Positions 1 to 10,343 of a DNA stretch of 43,242 nt are shown piece after piece. Source of the DNA: an uncultured Wenzhouxiangellaceae bacterium (GTDB lineage Bacteria > Pseudomonadota > Gammaproteobacteria > Xanthomonadales > Wenzhouxiangellaceae); assembly GCA_964534475.1 (NCBI GenBank), contig CAZHRH010000003.1:1-43242 (forward strand), written 5' to 3'. The notes beneath the pieces were generated by a model. It saw nothing but the letters and a program-made list of their open reading frames with translations, was not told the origin of the DNA and did not search any database. The stretch's first letter is position 1, and every line of letters starts with the position of its first letter. A program made the translations under genes and the position numbers.

Positions 1-2
1 GG

Positions 3-101
3 GTTGCGCCTGAAACAGCGCCACTCGTTGTTGCTCGTCGCTTATTTGGAATCACCAAACTGCGTTCCTCGCGCCTCGATTGGCACTCTTTCAGGTGCAA
101 C
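3..101. repeat. Long imperfect inverted repeat (about 25-nt arms at 3-27 and 77-101) at the window edge
   Basis: Arm 1 is gttgcgcctgaaacagcgccactcg. The reverse complement of arm 2 is gttgcacctgaaagagtgccaatcg, with only a few mismatches. An inner small hairpin is tttgg-aatcac-ccaaa. No ORF covers it. Confidence 0.4.
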
Positions 102-379
102 AGTGACATTTGGATTAGTGTAAACAGGCCCTGGTATGTAATGTTTCAGCTTGGGCTTTATAATGCAGGTTGATGCTGCTTTAGTCTAACCATTGCGGGT
201 TCAGCATGCTCGTTCCGTTGCGCTTCGGCGTACCCATGCGTGCCAATGGCTTTGGCCTTTGACTGTTCAAACTGCCTTGCACTTAACGCTGACATCCGCA
301 CTGAATCTGTAATGCTCCGGCTGAAGGATTACTGGCAGATGCATTGACTGCATTGATCTGACTCGAATTGGAGAATTTT

Positions 380-2833
380 ATGAACTGGCTGCTCGCCCTG
401 CTTCTGCTTACCGGCACGCTGACCATGATCTACCAGCGTCGCTCGCTGCTCGCTGTGACCATCATGACCGCAGCCTTCGCCGCATTGTCTATCTGGCTTG
501 GTGCTGCGCTGCTACTGAGCACTATCGTCGTGATCAGTACCATAGTGCTGGGCGCGCTGTCGCTCAAACCACTGCGGCAGCAATGGCTCAGCGATCGGCT
601 GTTTGCCGTGTTCCGAGAACTCATGCCGGGCATTTCCGATACCGAGCGACAGGCGTTGGAAGCCGGCACGGTGTGGTGGGATGCCGAGCTGTTCAGCGGC
701 CGTCCCAACTGGAAAGTGCTGCTGGATGCCCCGAAACCGCATCTGTCAGAGCGCGAACAGGCTTTTCTCGATGGTCCGGTAGAAAAGCTCTGCGCCATGC
801 TGGATGAATGGGATGTTTCCGAGAAATACAAGGATCTGCCACCCAAAGCGTGGGAATTCATCAAGCGTGAGCGCTTCTTCAGCATGATCATCCCGGAGGA
901 ATTCGGCGGCCTGGGCTTTTCCGCGCAGGCAAATTCTGCGGTGGTGGTCAAGCTGGCCAGCCAGAATGTTACCGCAGCGGTCACGGTGATGGTGCCGAAT
1001 TCGCTGGGGCCGGGCGAGTTGTTGCTGGAATACGGCACCGAACAGCAGAAGAAATACTATCTGCCGCGCCTGGCCGATGGCCGGGAAGTACCCTGCTTCG
1101 GGCTGACCTCTCCGGCCGCCGGTTCCGATGCGGCGTCCATGGTCGACAGCGGCATCGTCTGCAAAGGCGAGTTCGAGGGCGAGCAAGTGCTGGGGCTGAA
1201 ACTGAACTGGAACAAGCGCTACATCACGCTGGCGCCGGTGGCGACGCTGGTTGGTCTGGCCTTCAAGGCCTACGACCCGGACGGCCTGATTGGCGACAAA
1301 AAAGAGCTCGGCATCACCTGTGCGCTGATTCCAGTTGACACGCCGGGTGTGAGCAACGGCAATCGCCATCTGCCGGTGGGATCGGCTTTCATGAACGGGC
1401 CCACCCGCGGCAAGGATGTGTTCATTCCAATGAGCTACATCATCGGTGGGCAGGAGCGCATCGGTCAGGGCTGGACCATGCTCATGCAGAGCCTGGCTGC
1501 CGGTCGCGCCATCTCCCTGCCCGGCCTGGGTGTGGCCGGTGCCAAGATGATGAGCCGCACCACCGGCGCCTATGCGCGCATTCGCCGCCAGTTCAACATA
1601 CCCATCGGCTATTTTGAAGGCATTGAAGAACCGCTGGCGCGCATCGCCGGCAATACTTACCGTATGGATGCCGCGCGCAAACTGACCACGGTGGCGCTGG
1701 ATATGGGTGAGAAACCCAGCGTGCTGTCGGCCTTGCTGAAATACCAGCTTACCGAAGGCAATCGAGTCTGCACCAACGATGCCATGGATGTGCATGCCGG
1801 CAAGGGCATCATCATGGGCCCGAACAATTATCTGTCACATGCCTACATGGCGGTACCGATTGCGATCACCGTGGAAGGTGCGAATATCCTCACCCGCTGC
1901 ATGATTGTGTTCGGTCAGGGCGTCATTCGCTGCCATCCCTGGCTGCTGCAGGAGATGGAATCTGCCTCCATGGCAGACCGGAAAGCCGCGGCGAAACAAT
2001 TCGATCGTGCCTTGTTCGGTCACATCGGCTATACCATGAGCAACATGCTGCGCTCGCTGTTTCTGGGTCTTAGCAACGGCGCGCTGTCAAGGGCGCCGGT
2101 GGACGGCAAACTGGCGCATTACTATCGTCGCATCAACCACTTGAGCGCGGCGTTCTGCTTTATCAACGATATTGTCCTGCTGGTGTTCGGCGGTAAGTTC
2201 AAGTTCAAAGAGAAAATTTCCGGCCGCCTGGCCGACGTGCTCAGTCATCTGTACATGGCCAGCGCCGTGCTCAAGCACTTCGAGGATTCAGGAGCTCCGG
2301 AAGAGGATCTGCCACTGGCGCGCTGGGCCTTGCGTGACAGCCTGTTCACCATCCAGGAGCGGCTGGTTGGCGTGACCCGGCATCTACGCAACCCGCTGCT
2401 GATTTATGGCGCACGCTTCATTGCCTTTCCGCGCGGACGTCAGTATGATCCGCCTTCGGATTATCTGGGCAAACGCGTGGCCAGAATTCTGCTGACCGAC
2501 ACACCGTCACGTGATCGTCTGTTGTCAGGCACTCACGAATCGGACCAGGATGATGCCGTCGGCCTGCTCAATCAGGCGTTCAAGGCGACGCTGGAAGTGG
2601 CGGATCTGGAGAAACAGTTGCGGGCGCGCTTCAAGCAGGTGGTGTCGCCGTATAATTGCCAAGAACTCACGGCGAAAGGCATGGAAGAAGACTTGTTGAC
2701 TGAGGACCAAGCCGCCAGAATATGTCAGGCTCAGGCACTGGCGCTGAAAGTCATTAATGTCAACGAATTTGAATGGCCGCCGGAACAAGGTGAATGCTTT
2801 GCTGCCGAACCGGTGCCGCTGGAGCAGACTTAA
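380..2833 (+). CDS. fadE: Long-form acyl-CoA dehydrogenase (FadE type, N-terminal membrane-anchor region)
   Basis: The ORF is about 817 aa. It has a hydrophobic N-terminus followed by an acyl-CoA dehydrogenase core, with the length and architecture of E. coli FadE. The ATG at 380 is preceded by GGAG (370-373); the track start at 368 is TTG. Confidence 0.9.
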   Translation: MNWLLALLLLTGTLTMIYQRRSLLAVTIMTAAFAALSIWLGAALLLSTIVVISTIVLGALSLKPLRQQWLSDRLFAVFRELMPGISDTERQALEAGTVWWDAELFSGRPNWKVLLDAPKPHLSEREQAFLDGPVEKLCAMLDEWDVSEKYKDLPPKAWEFIKRERFFSMIIPEEFGGLGFSAQANSAVVVKLASQNVTAAVTVMVPNSLGPGELLLEYGTEQQKKYYLPRLADGREVPCFGLTSPAAGSDAASMVDSGIVCKGEFEGEQVLGLKLNWNKRYITLAPVATLVGLAFKAYDPDGLIGDKKELGITCALIPVDTPGVSNGNRHLPVGSAFMNGPTRGKDVFIPMSYIIGGQERIGQGWTMLMQSLAAGRAISLPGLGVAGAKMMSRTTGAYARIRRQFNIPIGYFEGIEEPLARIAGNTYRMDAARKLTTVALDMGEKPSVLSALLKYQLTEGNRVCTNDAMDVHAGKGIIMGPNNYLSHAYMAVPIAITVEGANILTRCMIVFGQGVIRCHPWLLQEMESASMADRKAAAKQFDRALFGHIGYTMSNMLRSLFLGLSNGALSRAPVDGKLAHYYRRINHLSAAFCFINDIVLLVFGGKFKFKEKISGRLADVLSHLYMASAVLKHFEDSGAPEEDLPLARWALRDSLFTIQERLVGVTRHLRNPLLIYGARFIAFPRGRQYDPPSDYLGKRVARILLTDTPSRDRLLSGTHESDQDDAVGLLNQAFKATLEVADLEKQLRARFKQVVSPYNCQELTAKGMEEDLLTEDQAARICQAQALALKVINVNEFEWPPEQGECFAAEPVPLEQT

Positions 2834-2908
2834 TGCGCAGCGGTAGTTGCCGTACCGCTGTCGCTAACATAACCATCCATCTGAGCATTCAGCTTTAACA
2901 GGAACACT

Positions 2909-5272
2909 ATGCAACATCACATCCGCAAAGTCGCCGTGCTTGGCGCCGGCGTCATGGGCGCGCAGATTGCCGCGCATATGGTCAATGCCGGTATCAACAC
3001 TGTCTTATTTGAATTGCCCGCCGACGGCGACAACAAGAATGCCAACGTCGATGCCGCCATCCAGCGTCTGCGCAAATTGAAGCCGGCACCTCTGGGCCGC
3101 AGCCATGTGGCCGATCAGATTCAGCCCTGCAACTACGACGAGCACCTGTCGCGGCTGAAAGATTGTGACCTTATCATCGAGGCCATAGCCGAACGGCTGG
3201 ACTGGAAAAAGGACCTGTACGAAAAAATTGCGCCGTTTATCCGCGACGGTAGCTACATCGCCAGCAACACATCGGGCCTGAGCATGCGCGAGCTGGCGCA
3301 GGCGCTGCCGGAAGATCTACGTGAAGAATTCTGTGGTGTGCATTTTTTCAACCCACCGCGATACATGCACCTGGTCGAGCTGATTCCGCATGCCGGCAGC
3401 AAACCGGAAGTGCTGGATCATCTGGAGACTTTTCTCACCAGCGTGATCGGCAAAGGGGTGGTGCGCGCCAAGGATACGCCCAACTTTATCGGCAACCGTG
3501 TTGGTGTATTTTCCATGCTTGCCACCATGCATCACACGCAGGCGTTCGGCTTGTCGTTTGATGTCGTCGATGCGCTTACCGGCCCGGCCATCGGGCGCCC
3601 GAAAAGCGCCACCTACCGCACCGCCGATGTGGTCGGTCTGGATACCATGACGCATGTGATTGCAACCATGCAGGACACGCTGGCAGACGATCCCTGGAGC
3701 AGCTATTATGCGGTTCCTGAAGTGCTGCAGCAGTTGGTTGATGCAGGTGCGCTGGGGCAAAAAACCGGCAATGGTTTTTATCGCAAACAGGGGCGCACGA
3801 TCCAGGTGCTGGATAGCAAAACTGGCGATTACGCTGACAGCAAACCGCAACTGTCAGACGAAATCAGCGAGATACTGAAACAGCGCGATCCGATCGAACG
3901 CATGGCTGCGCTTCACGCCAGTGACTGCGTGGAAGCACGCTTTTTGTGGGCCATCATGCGTGATCTGTTTCACTACTGTGCGGTGCATCTTGCCGATATC
4001 GCTGCCTCGGCGCGCGAAATCGACCAGGCCATGCGCTGGGGTTACGGCTGGCAGCACGGCCCACTGGAAACCTGGCAGGCCAGCGGCTGGCAGCAGATCG
4101 CCGAATGGCTGCAGCAGGACATCACGGCCGGCGACACCATGGCCACCACCGCCCTGCCCGACTGGGTGACGGATGGTCGCGACGGCGTCCATGGCAGTGA
4201 AGGTTCTTATTCTGCTGCGGAAGACAAAATGTTGCCGCGTTCGTCACTGTCGGTGTATCGCCGCCAGTTGCGACCACCGCGCCTGATCGGTGAGACGGTC
4301 AGCGAGCTCAACACCATCGAGCAAGGCCGCGACTGGGTGCTGTGGAGCGCCAACGACGACATTCTCATCATCAGCTTTACCAGCAAAATGCACAGCATCA
4401 GCACCGATGTCATCGACGGCCTGTTGCGCGCCACCGAACTGGCGGAAAAAAACTACCACGGCCTGGTCATCTGGCAGACATCCGAGCCGTTTTGTGTCGG
4501 TGCCGACCTCAAGGGCGCCCTGAACATGGCGGAAACCGGCGACGAGGAAGGCATAGAAACCATGCTGGCGGATTTCCAGCGTGCGGTCATGCGCCTGCGC
4601 TACTGCGCCGTGCCCACCGTCGCTGCTGTGCGTGGCATGGCGCTGGGTGGCGGCTGCGAGGTGATGCTGCACTGTACGCGCACGGTAGCTGCACTGGAAA
4701 GCTACATCGGCCTGGTAGAAGCCGGCGTCGGGCTATTGCCCGGTGGCGGCGGACTGAAAGAAATGGCCATCCGCAGCGTGGACAACACCGAAGCCGGCGA
4801 TACATTTCCCTTGCTGCAGAAGTATTTTCAGCAGATTGCCCTGGGCAAGGTCGCCGGATCGGCGCTGGAGGCGCGTGAATTCGGTTATCTGCGCGCGCAC
4901 GACAAGATTGTCATGCACAGCGACGAAGTCTTGCATGTGGCCATCCATCAGGCGCAGTACCTGATTGAAGCCGGTTATCGTCCGCCGCTGGAAAATCAGC
5001 AATGGCCGGTGGCCGGAGATGTCGGTATTGCTACGCTGAAAATGCTGCTGGTGAACATGCATGCAGGCAACTTCATTTCCGATCACGACCTGCTCATTGC
5101 CGAGCACATTGCCACGGTCATGTGCGGTGGTGAAATTGATCGTGGCAGTGTCGTCAGCGAGCAGTGGCTGCTGGATCTGGAACGCAAGCACTTTCTCAAT
5201 CTGACGGCAACAGAAAAAACCCGTGAGCGCATCGGCCACATGCTCAAGACCGGCAAGCCGCTGCGCAATTGA
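2909..5272 (+). CDS. Bifunctional 3-hydroxyacyl-CoA dehydrogenase / enoyl-CoA hydratase with reversed domain order
   Basis: The N-terminal Rossmann motif is VAVLGAGVMGAQIA (3-hydroxyacyl-CoA dehydrogenase). The C-terminal crotonase-fold region contains EPFCVGADLKG and ALGGGCEVMLHC. The gene sits between the fadE-like and thiolase genes. Confidence 0.9.
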   Translation: MQHHIRKVAVLGAGVMGAQIAAHMVNAGINTVLFELPADGDNKNANVDAAIQRLRKLKPAPLGRSHVADQIQPCNYDEHLSRLKDCDLIIEAIAERLDWKKDLYEKIAPFIRDGSYIASNTSGLSMRELAQALPEDLREEFCGVHFFNPPRYMHLVELIPHAGSKPEVLDHLETFLTSVIGKGVVRAKDTPNFIGNRVGVFSMLATMHHTQAFGLSFDVVDALTGPAIGRPKSATYRTADVVGLDTMTHVIATMQDTLADDPWSSYYAVPEVLQQLVDAGALGQKTGNGFYRKQGRTIQVLDSKTGDYADSKPQLSDEISEILKQRDPIERMAALHASDCVEARFLWAIMRDLFHYCAVHLADIAASAREIDQAMRWGYGWQHGPLETWQASGWQQIAEWLQQDITAGDTMATTALPDWVTDGRDGVHGSEGSYSAAEDKMLPRSSLSVYRRQLRPPRLIGETVSELNTIEQGRDWVLWSANDDILIISFTSKMHSISTDVIDGLLRATELAEKNYHGLVIWQTSEPFCVGADLKGALNMAETGDEEGIETMLADFQRAVMRLRYCAVPTVAAVRGMALGGGCEVMLHCTRTVAALESYIGLVEAGVGLLPGGGGLKEMAIRSVDNTEAGDTFPLLQKYFQQIALGKVAGSALEAREFGYLRAHDKIVMHSDEVLHVAIHQAQYLIEAGYRPPLENQQWPVAGDVGIATLKMLLVNMHAGNFISDHDLLIAEHIATVMCGGEIDRGSVVSEQWLLDLERKHFLNLTATEKTRERIGHMLKTGKPLRN

Positions 5273-5329
5273 TTGCGTGCAGCCCGTGCACTCAATGTCG
5301 CCAGACCAAACACAGATACAGGATTAACC

Positions 5330-6511
5330 ATGCAGGATTGTTACATCGCCGCCGCAGTCAGAACCCCCGTGGGACGCGCCTTCAAAGGCATCTTCCGCAA
5401 TACCCGACCCGATGATCTGCTCGCGCACGTCATCCGTGCTGCGATCAAGGATGCCGCAGGGCTGGACCCTGCTGCCATTGAGGACGCCATTATCGGTTGC
5501 GCCATGCCAGAGGCCGAACAGGGCATGAACGTGGCGCGCATTGGTGTTTTGCTGGCCGGCTTGCCCGACAGCGTGCCCGGCGTCACCGTGAATCGATTCT
5601 GCTCGTCGGGCCTGCAGTCGGTTGCCATGGCGGCGGATCGCATTCGCCTGGGCGAGGCCGATATCATGCTCGCCGGCGGTACCGAAACCATGACCATGGT
5701 GCCGATGATGGGACACAAGGTGGCGATGAACCCGAATGTGTTTTCGGATGACAATGTTGCCATCGCCTACGGTATGGGCATCACCGCCGAAAACGTGGCC
5801 AGCCGCTGGAAGATCAGTCGTGAAGATCAGGATCAGTTTGCACTCAGCAGCCATCAGAAAGCCACTGCTGCCATCAGTCAGGATGAATTTACCGAGATAC
5901 GCCCCATGCGCATACAGACAGCGCAACCGGCACCTGATGGCACTGTTGCCATGGGCGAGTTTGTCGCCAAAACCGACGACGGACCGCGCGCCGATACCTC
6001 GCTGGAAGCATTGGGCAAATTGCGCACCGTGTTCAAGGCCGATGGTAGCGTCACCGCCGGTAACTCATCGCAGATGAGTGATGGCGCAGGCGCCCTGATT
6101 CTGGCCAGTGAACAGGGGCTGAAAGACCATAACCTGACCCCGATCGCACGCTTCCGCGGCTTTGCCGTGGCTGGCGTGGCGCCGGAAATCATGGGTATCG
6201 GTCCGATCGCTGCGATTCCCAAACTGCTGCAACAGACCGGTGTCAGCCTGGATGACATTGACTGGATTGAACTGAACGAGGCTTTCGCCGCGCAGTCATT
6301 GGCGGTGATCCGCGAAGTTGGGTTGGATCCGGACAAGGTTAATCCGCTCGGTGGCGCCATTGCGCTGGGTCATCCGCTGGGTGCCACCGGCAGCATTCTC
6401 AGCGCCAAGGCCATTCATGCCCTGCGCCGCAAGCAGCAGAAGTATGCCATGGTCACCATGTGCATCGGCACCGGTATGGGCGCAGCCGGGCTGTTTGAAT
6501 CGATTTCATGA
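5330..6511 (+). CDS. fadA: Acetyl-CoA C-acyltransferase (3-ketoacyl-CoA thiolase)
   Basis: Thiolase motifs are present: VNRFCSSGLQS (active-site Cys), NEAFAAQ, and GHPLGATG...CIGTGMG at the C-terminus. I moved the start to the ATG at 5330 (MQDCYIAAAVRTPVGRA), which matches typical thiolase N-termini. Confidence 0.9.
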   Translation: MQDCYIAAAVRTPVGRAFKGIFRNTRPDDLLAHVIRAAIKDAAGLDPAAIEDAIIGCAMPEAEQGMNVARIGVLLAGLPDSVPGVTVNRFCSSGLQSVAMAADRIRLGEADIMLAGGTETMTMVPMMGHKVAMNPNVFSDDNVAIAYGMGITAENVASRWKISREDQDQFALSSHQKATAAISQDEFTEIRPMRIQTAQPAPDGTVAMGEFVAKTDDGPRADTSLEALGKLRTVFKADGSVTAGNSSQMSDGAGALILASEQGLKDHNLTPIARFRGFAVAGVAPEIMGIGPIAAIPKLLQQTGVSLDDIDWIELNEAFAAQSLAVIREVGLDPDKVNPLGGAIALGHPLGATGSILSAKAIHALRRKQQKYAMVTMCIGTGMGAAGLFESIS

Positions 6512-6716
6512 ATGTCGGTCACCTACTAGAATTATTCTATATTAAAATTATAAATAACTGAAATTAAACGTATTAGTTATTGATCAGCTTCGTGATCGCA
6601 AGCATGCAATACAACATGATCCTGTCATCACCAGCGTGTCCCCGCTGACCGCAAATCCGCATGCAGCCAGCTTTGATAAGCTATAATAGTCAGTATATTT
6701 AACAAGCCACATAGCA

Positions 6717-7115
6717 ATGACAATCAGTTATTTTTCCGCGCGCACAGCTCGCCGCCTGTTTGCTGCTGCGCTCATCATTGTCCTGCAGTCTGCAGGCCTG
6801 CAATCGATTGGTCTGACCACAGCTTTTGCACAGAACATGGACGATGTCAGTCTCAAGCCGGATCTTGCCGCCGGTAAACGTTATTTTTATACCTGTACCG
6901 GTTGTCACGGCATACCAGGCTACAACAACGTTTACCCGACCTATAAAGTGCCGATGATTGGTGGTCAGAACGAACTCTACATCATCAATGCTCTGAAAGC
7001 CTACAAGAACGGCACCCGCCAGCATGAGACCATGCAGATCCAGGCACAAAGCATGAGCGAACAAGACATTGTTAATGTTGCCGCCTACCTGGCCAGCATG
7101 GAAAACAAGGAATGA
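6717..7115 (+). CDS. Monohaem class I cytochrome c (cytochrome c4 half-domain-like), secreted
   Basis: It has a signal-peptide-like N-terminus, a single CTGCH haem motif, a distal Met region (HETMQ) and a C-terminal AAYLASM helix. Confidence 0.8.
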   Translation: MTISYFSARTARRLFAAALIIVLQSAGLQSIGLTTAFAQNMDDVSLKPDLAAGKRYFYTCTGCHGIPGYNNVYPTYKVPMIGGQNELYIINALKAYKNGTRQHETMQIQAQSMSEQDIVNVAAYLASMENKE

Positions 7116-7474
7116 CCATGACCGGATCTATCATCAACAAGACTGCCCTGCCGCTCCCCGTTTTGCTGCTGGCGGCGCTTGCCGGCCCGGCGATGGCCGC
7201 AGGCAACGTTGCTGCCGGTGAGGAGAAAGCCGTCACCTGCCAGTCCTGTCATGGTGTTGCCGGTGCCAAATCTGTGACCCCGGACATCCCGCTGCTGGCT
7301 GGACAACACGAAGATTATCTGGTCTACAGTCTGCAAGCGTATCGCTCCGGCGCACGCGAACAGGCCGTCATGGCGACATTCGCTCAGCAACTCAGCGATC
7401 GCGACATCGCCGATCTTGCGGCTTATTTCAGCGCCCAGGAATCTTCACTGCGCACGGCCAAAAGCGGCGACTGA
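7112..7474 (+). CDS. Monohaem class I cytochrome c (cytochrome c4 half-domain-like), secreted
   Basis: Its ATGA start overlaps the stop of the previous gene. It has a signal peptide ending AMAAG, a CQSCH haem motif, PLLAGQHEDYL and LAAYFSAQ, as in c4-type domains. Confidence 0.8.
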   Translation: MTMTGSIINKTALPLPVLLLAALAGPAMAAGNVAAGEEKAVTCQSCHGVAGAKSVTPDIPLLAGQHEDYLVYSLQAYRSGAREQAVMATFAQQLSDRDIADLAAYFSAQESSLRTAKSGD

Positions 7475-7722
7475 TCCGGTTCACCACCGAATAAATAGGC
7501 GATGTCACAGACTTCCTGGGTGGCTGCCCAAGCTGTGAGTCATTCAGTATCTGCTGTGCAAGCAAACAATTCTTAGCGTTCATTCGTGTCCATTCGTGGT
7601 TCATACTGCACATCCTGTTCATACATTCATGCCCGGCAGGATAATCATTGAGCTGAAATTCGATCTACCCAGCGGGCTTGTTGACCAAGCCCTGACAGTC
7701 GTCACTTATAGCATTTGTCGGC

Positions 7723-8979
<1,257 letters not shown>

Positions 8980-9050
8980 TCAAATCGTTGCAGACAATCG
9001 ACTATTGTAAATGAACAGCCGGGGGATGAACATGTGAGTCAGCAGCCTTG

Positions 9051-9743
9051 TCAGCGCGACTGCTGCAACGGTTGATTGAGCAAGCGTCGCCGGTCGCGCC
9101 AGTCGGGCATGCATTGATCCATCAGCGTACGGAAGCGGTGATTGTGCGAGGCTTCATGCAGGTGCACCAGTTCATGCACCATGACGTAATCGATGCACGC
9201 GTGCGGGTACTTGATCAGCTCCAGGCTCAACCAGATACGCCGCGCGTCCGGATTGCACGAGCCCCAGCGGGTTTTCATGCGTTTGATACGGCATTCGGCT
9301 GCTTCTGCGCCGACCACCGGCTGCCAGCGATTGAGCAGACCCGGCAGCATGGCTTGCAGTTGCTGCCGATACCAGTGCTGCAACAGTTGCAGGCGTTGCG
9401 ATGTGTCCATGCTTTTGGTCACCTGCATGTGCAGCGCGTCAGCCTGCAAACTCAGCGCGGGTCTGGTTGCTGTGATGTGCAAGCACAGCGGATAGCCATG
9501 GCCCAGATAGCGGTGCAGTTCGCCATGGGTCATGGCCACCTGGCTTTCGCTATGGCGTTGCCGCTGGCGCTGCTGTGCGCGCTGGATCCAGTCACGGCGC
9601 TGCTGCAAGAACGCATGAATCTCTGCTTCCGGCATCCACAGCGGCGCGCTGACACGCACCTCGCCAGCAGGCGCACAGACCCGCACATTGAGCCGTTTCA
9701 CGCGCTTGCGGGTGATAGTAACGTCAGCCGGTGCAGCCACCAT
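9051..9743 (-). CDS. YgjP-like metal-dependent hydrolase (DUF45 / M48-like, HExxH)
   Basis: The motif YVMVHELVHLHEASHNHRF carries the zinc-binding HExxH. Size and layout resemble E. coli YgjP. Confidence 0.8.
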   Translation of the reverse strand: MVAAPADVTITRKRVKRLNVRVCAPAGEVRVSAPLWMPEAEIHAFLQQRRDWIQRAQQRQRQRHSESQVAMTHGELHRYLGHGYPLCLHITATRPALSLQADALHMQVTKSMDTSQRLQLLQHWYRQQLQAMLPGLLNRWQPVVGAEAAECRIKRMKTRWGSCNPDARRIWLSLELIKYPHACIDYVMVHELVHLHEASHNHRFRTLMDQCMPDWRDRRRLLNQPLQQSR

Positions 9744-9779
9744 CAGTTCAGCAGGTAATGCCTAACCATGCCCGTCTGG

Positions 9780-10301
9780 CTACTCGGGCAGCCAGGTCTC
9801 GTGCACCTGCCGCCAGATGAGGCCGTTACTGGCCGCAGCATCACGTTTGAACACCACTGTGCTGAGTCGGCCACGCGGCTTGTCATCGGCACTGCTTTGC
9901 CATTCCTGATAGCGGAACACGGCGATGTGTTGGTCCACAGCAACCGGCTCGACATGGCGAATTTCGAGCACCGCGCTGGCATCGCTGCCGGCCTGCTGCC
10001 TGACCGCTTGCAGAATGCGCTCACGCGGCAGCAAGTGGCCATCCGGAGTAATGATCTGGAAATTTGCATCCAGCGCGTTTTCGAAGCTGGCAAACGCAGA
10101 CGGTTCCAATTCGCCCCTGTACCAGGCCTGAAAAAAATCATGCAAGCGGGTGATTTCGATTGCAGCCTGCTGGTGCAAGTCAATGTTTGTCATGGCACTT
10201 GCCTCCGAATTGATGTCTGCCGGTTGCGCAGCGGCTGAAGTTACCAATACCATCAGAAGTAATGGGTCGATGAATAGCAGAGTGCAGAAAACCTTGCGCA
10301 T
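9780..10301 (-). CDS. Secreted SnoaL/NTF2-like (DUF4440-like) protein
   Basis: It has a signal peptide ending SAAAQP. The roughly 130-aa core has the pattern typical of NTF2-fold DUF4440 proteins (FFQAWYRG..., ...WRQVHETW). The assignment is from memory of the family only. Confidence 0.55.
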   Translation of the reverse strand: MRKVFCTLLFIDPLLLMVLVTSAAAQPADINSEASAMTNIDLHQQAAIEITRLHDFFQAWYRGELEPSAFASFENALDANFQIITPDGHLLPRERILQAVRQQAGSDASAVLEIRHVEPVAVDQHIAVFRYQEWQSSADDKPRGRLSTVVFKRDAAASNGLIWRQVHETWLPE

Positions 10302-10343
10302 GACTCACAGGATAGCAGCAATGACCTCGCCAGCAAGCCGGGA

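Noticed and set aside
746-1795. Many long ORFs lie antisense to, or out of frame with, the called genes. Examples: 746-1795(-), 8059-8955(+), 10731-11852(+), 11957-13354(+), 15431-16321(-), 22418-23155(+), 28206-28949(+), 30643-32175(+), 35112-35897(+), 41760-42443(-).
   Set aside because: - Each lies fully inside a gene with strong family motifs on the other strand or frame.
- Their translations are Arg/Gly/His/Gln-rich low-complexity sequence, typical of shadow ORFs in GC-rich DNA.
- None has a recognisable motif.
7683-7701. The GGGCTTG-TTGAC-CAAGCCC hairpin between the convergent cytochrome c and serS genes, considered as a bidirectional terminator.
   Set aside because: - There is no U-tract on either strand.
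- It may still contribute to termination, but the evidence is too weak to call.
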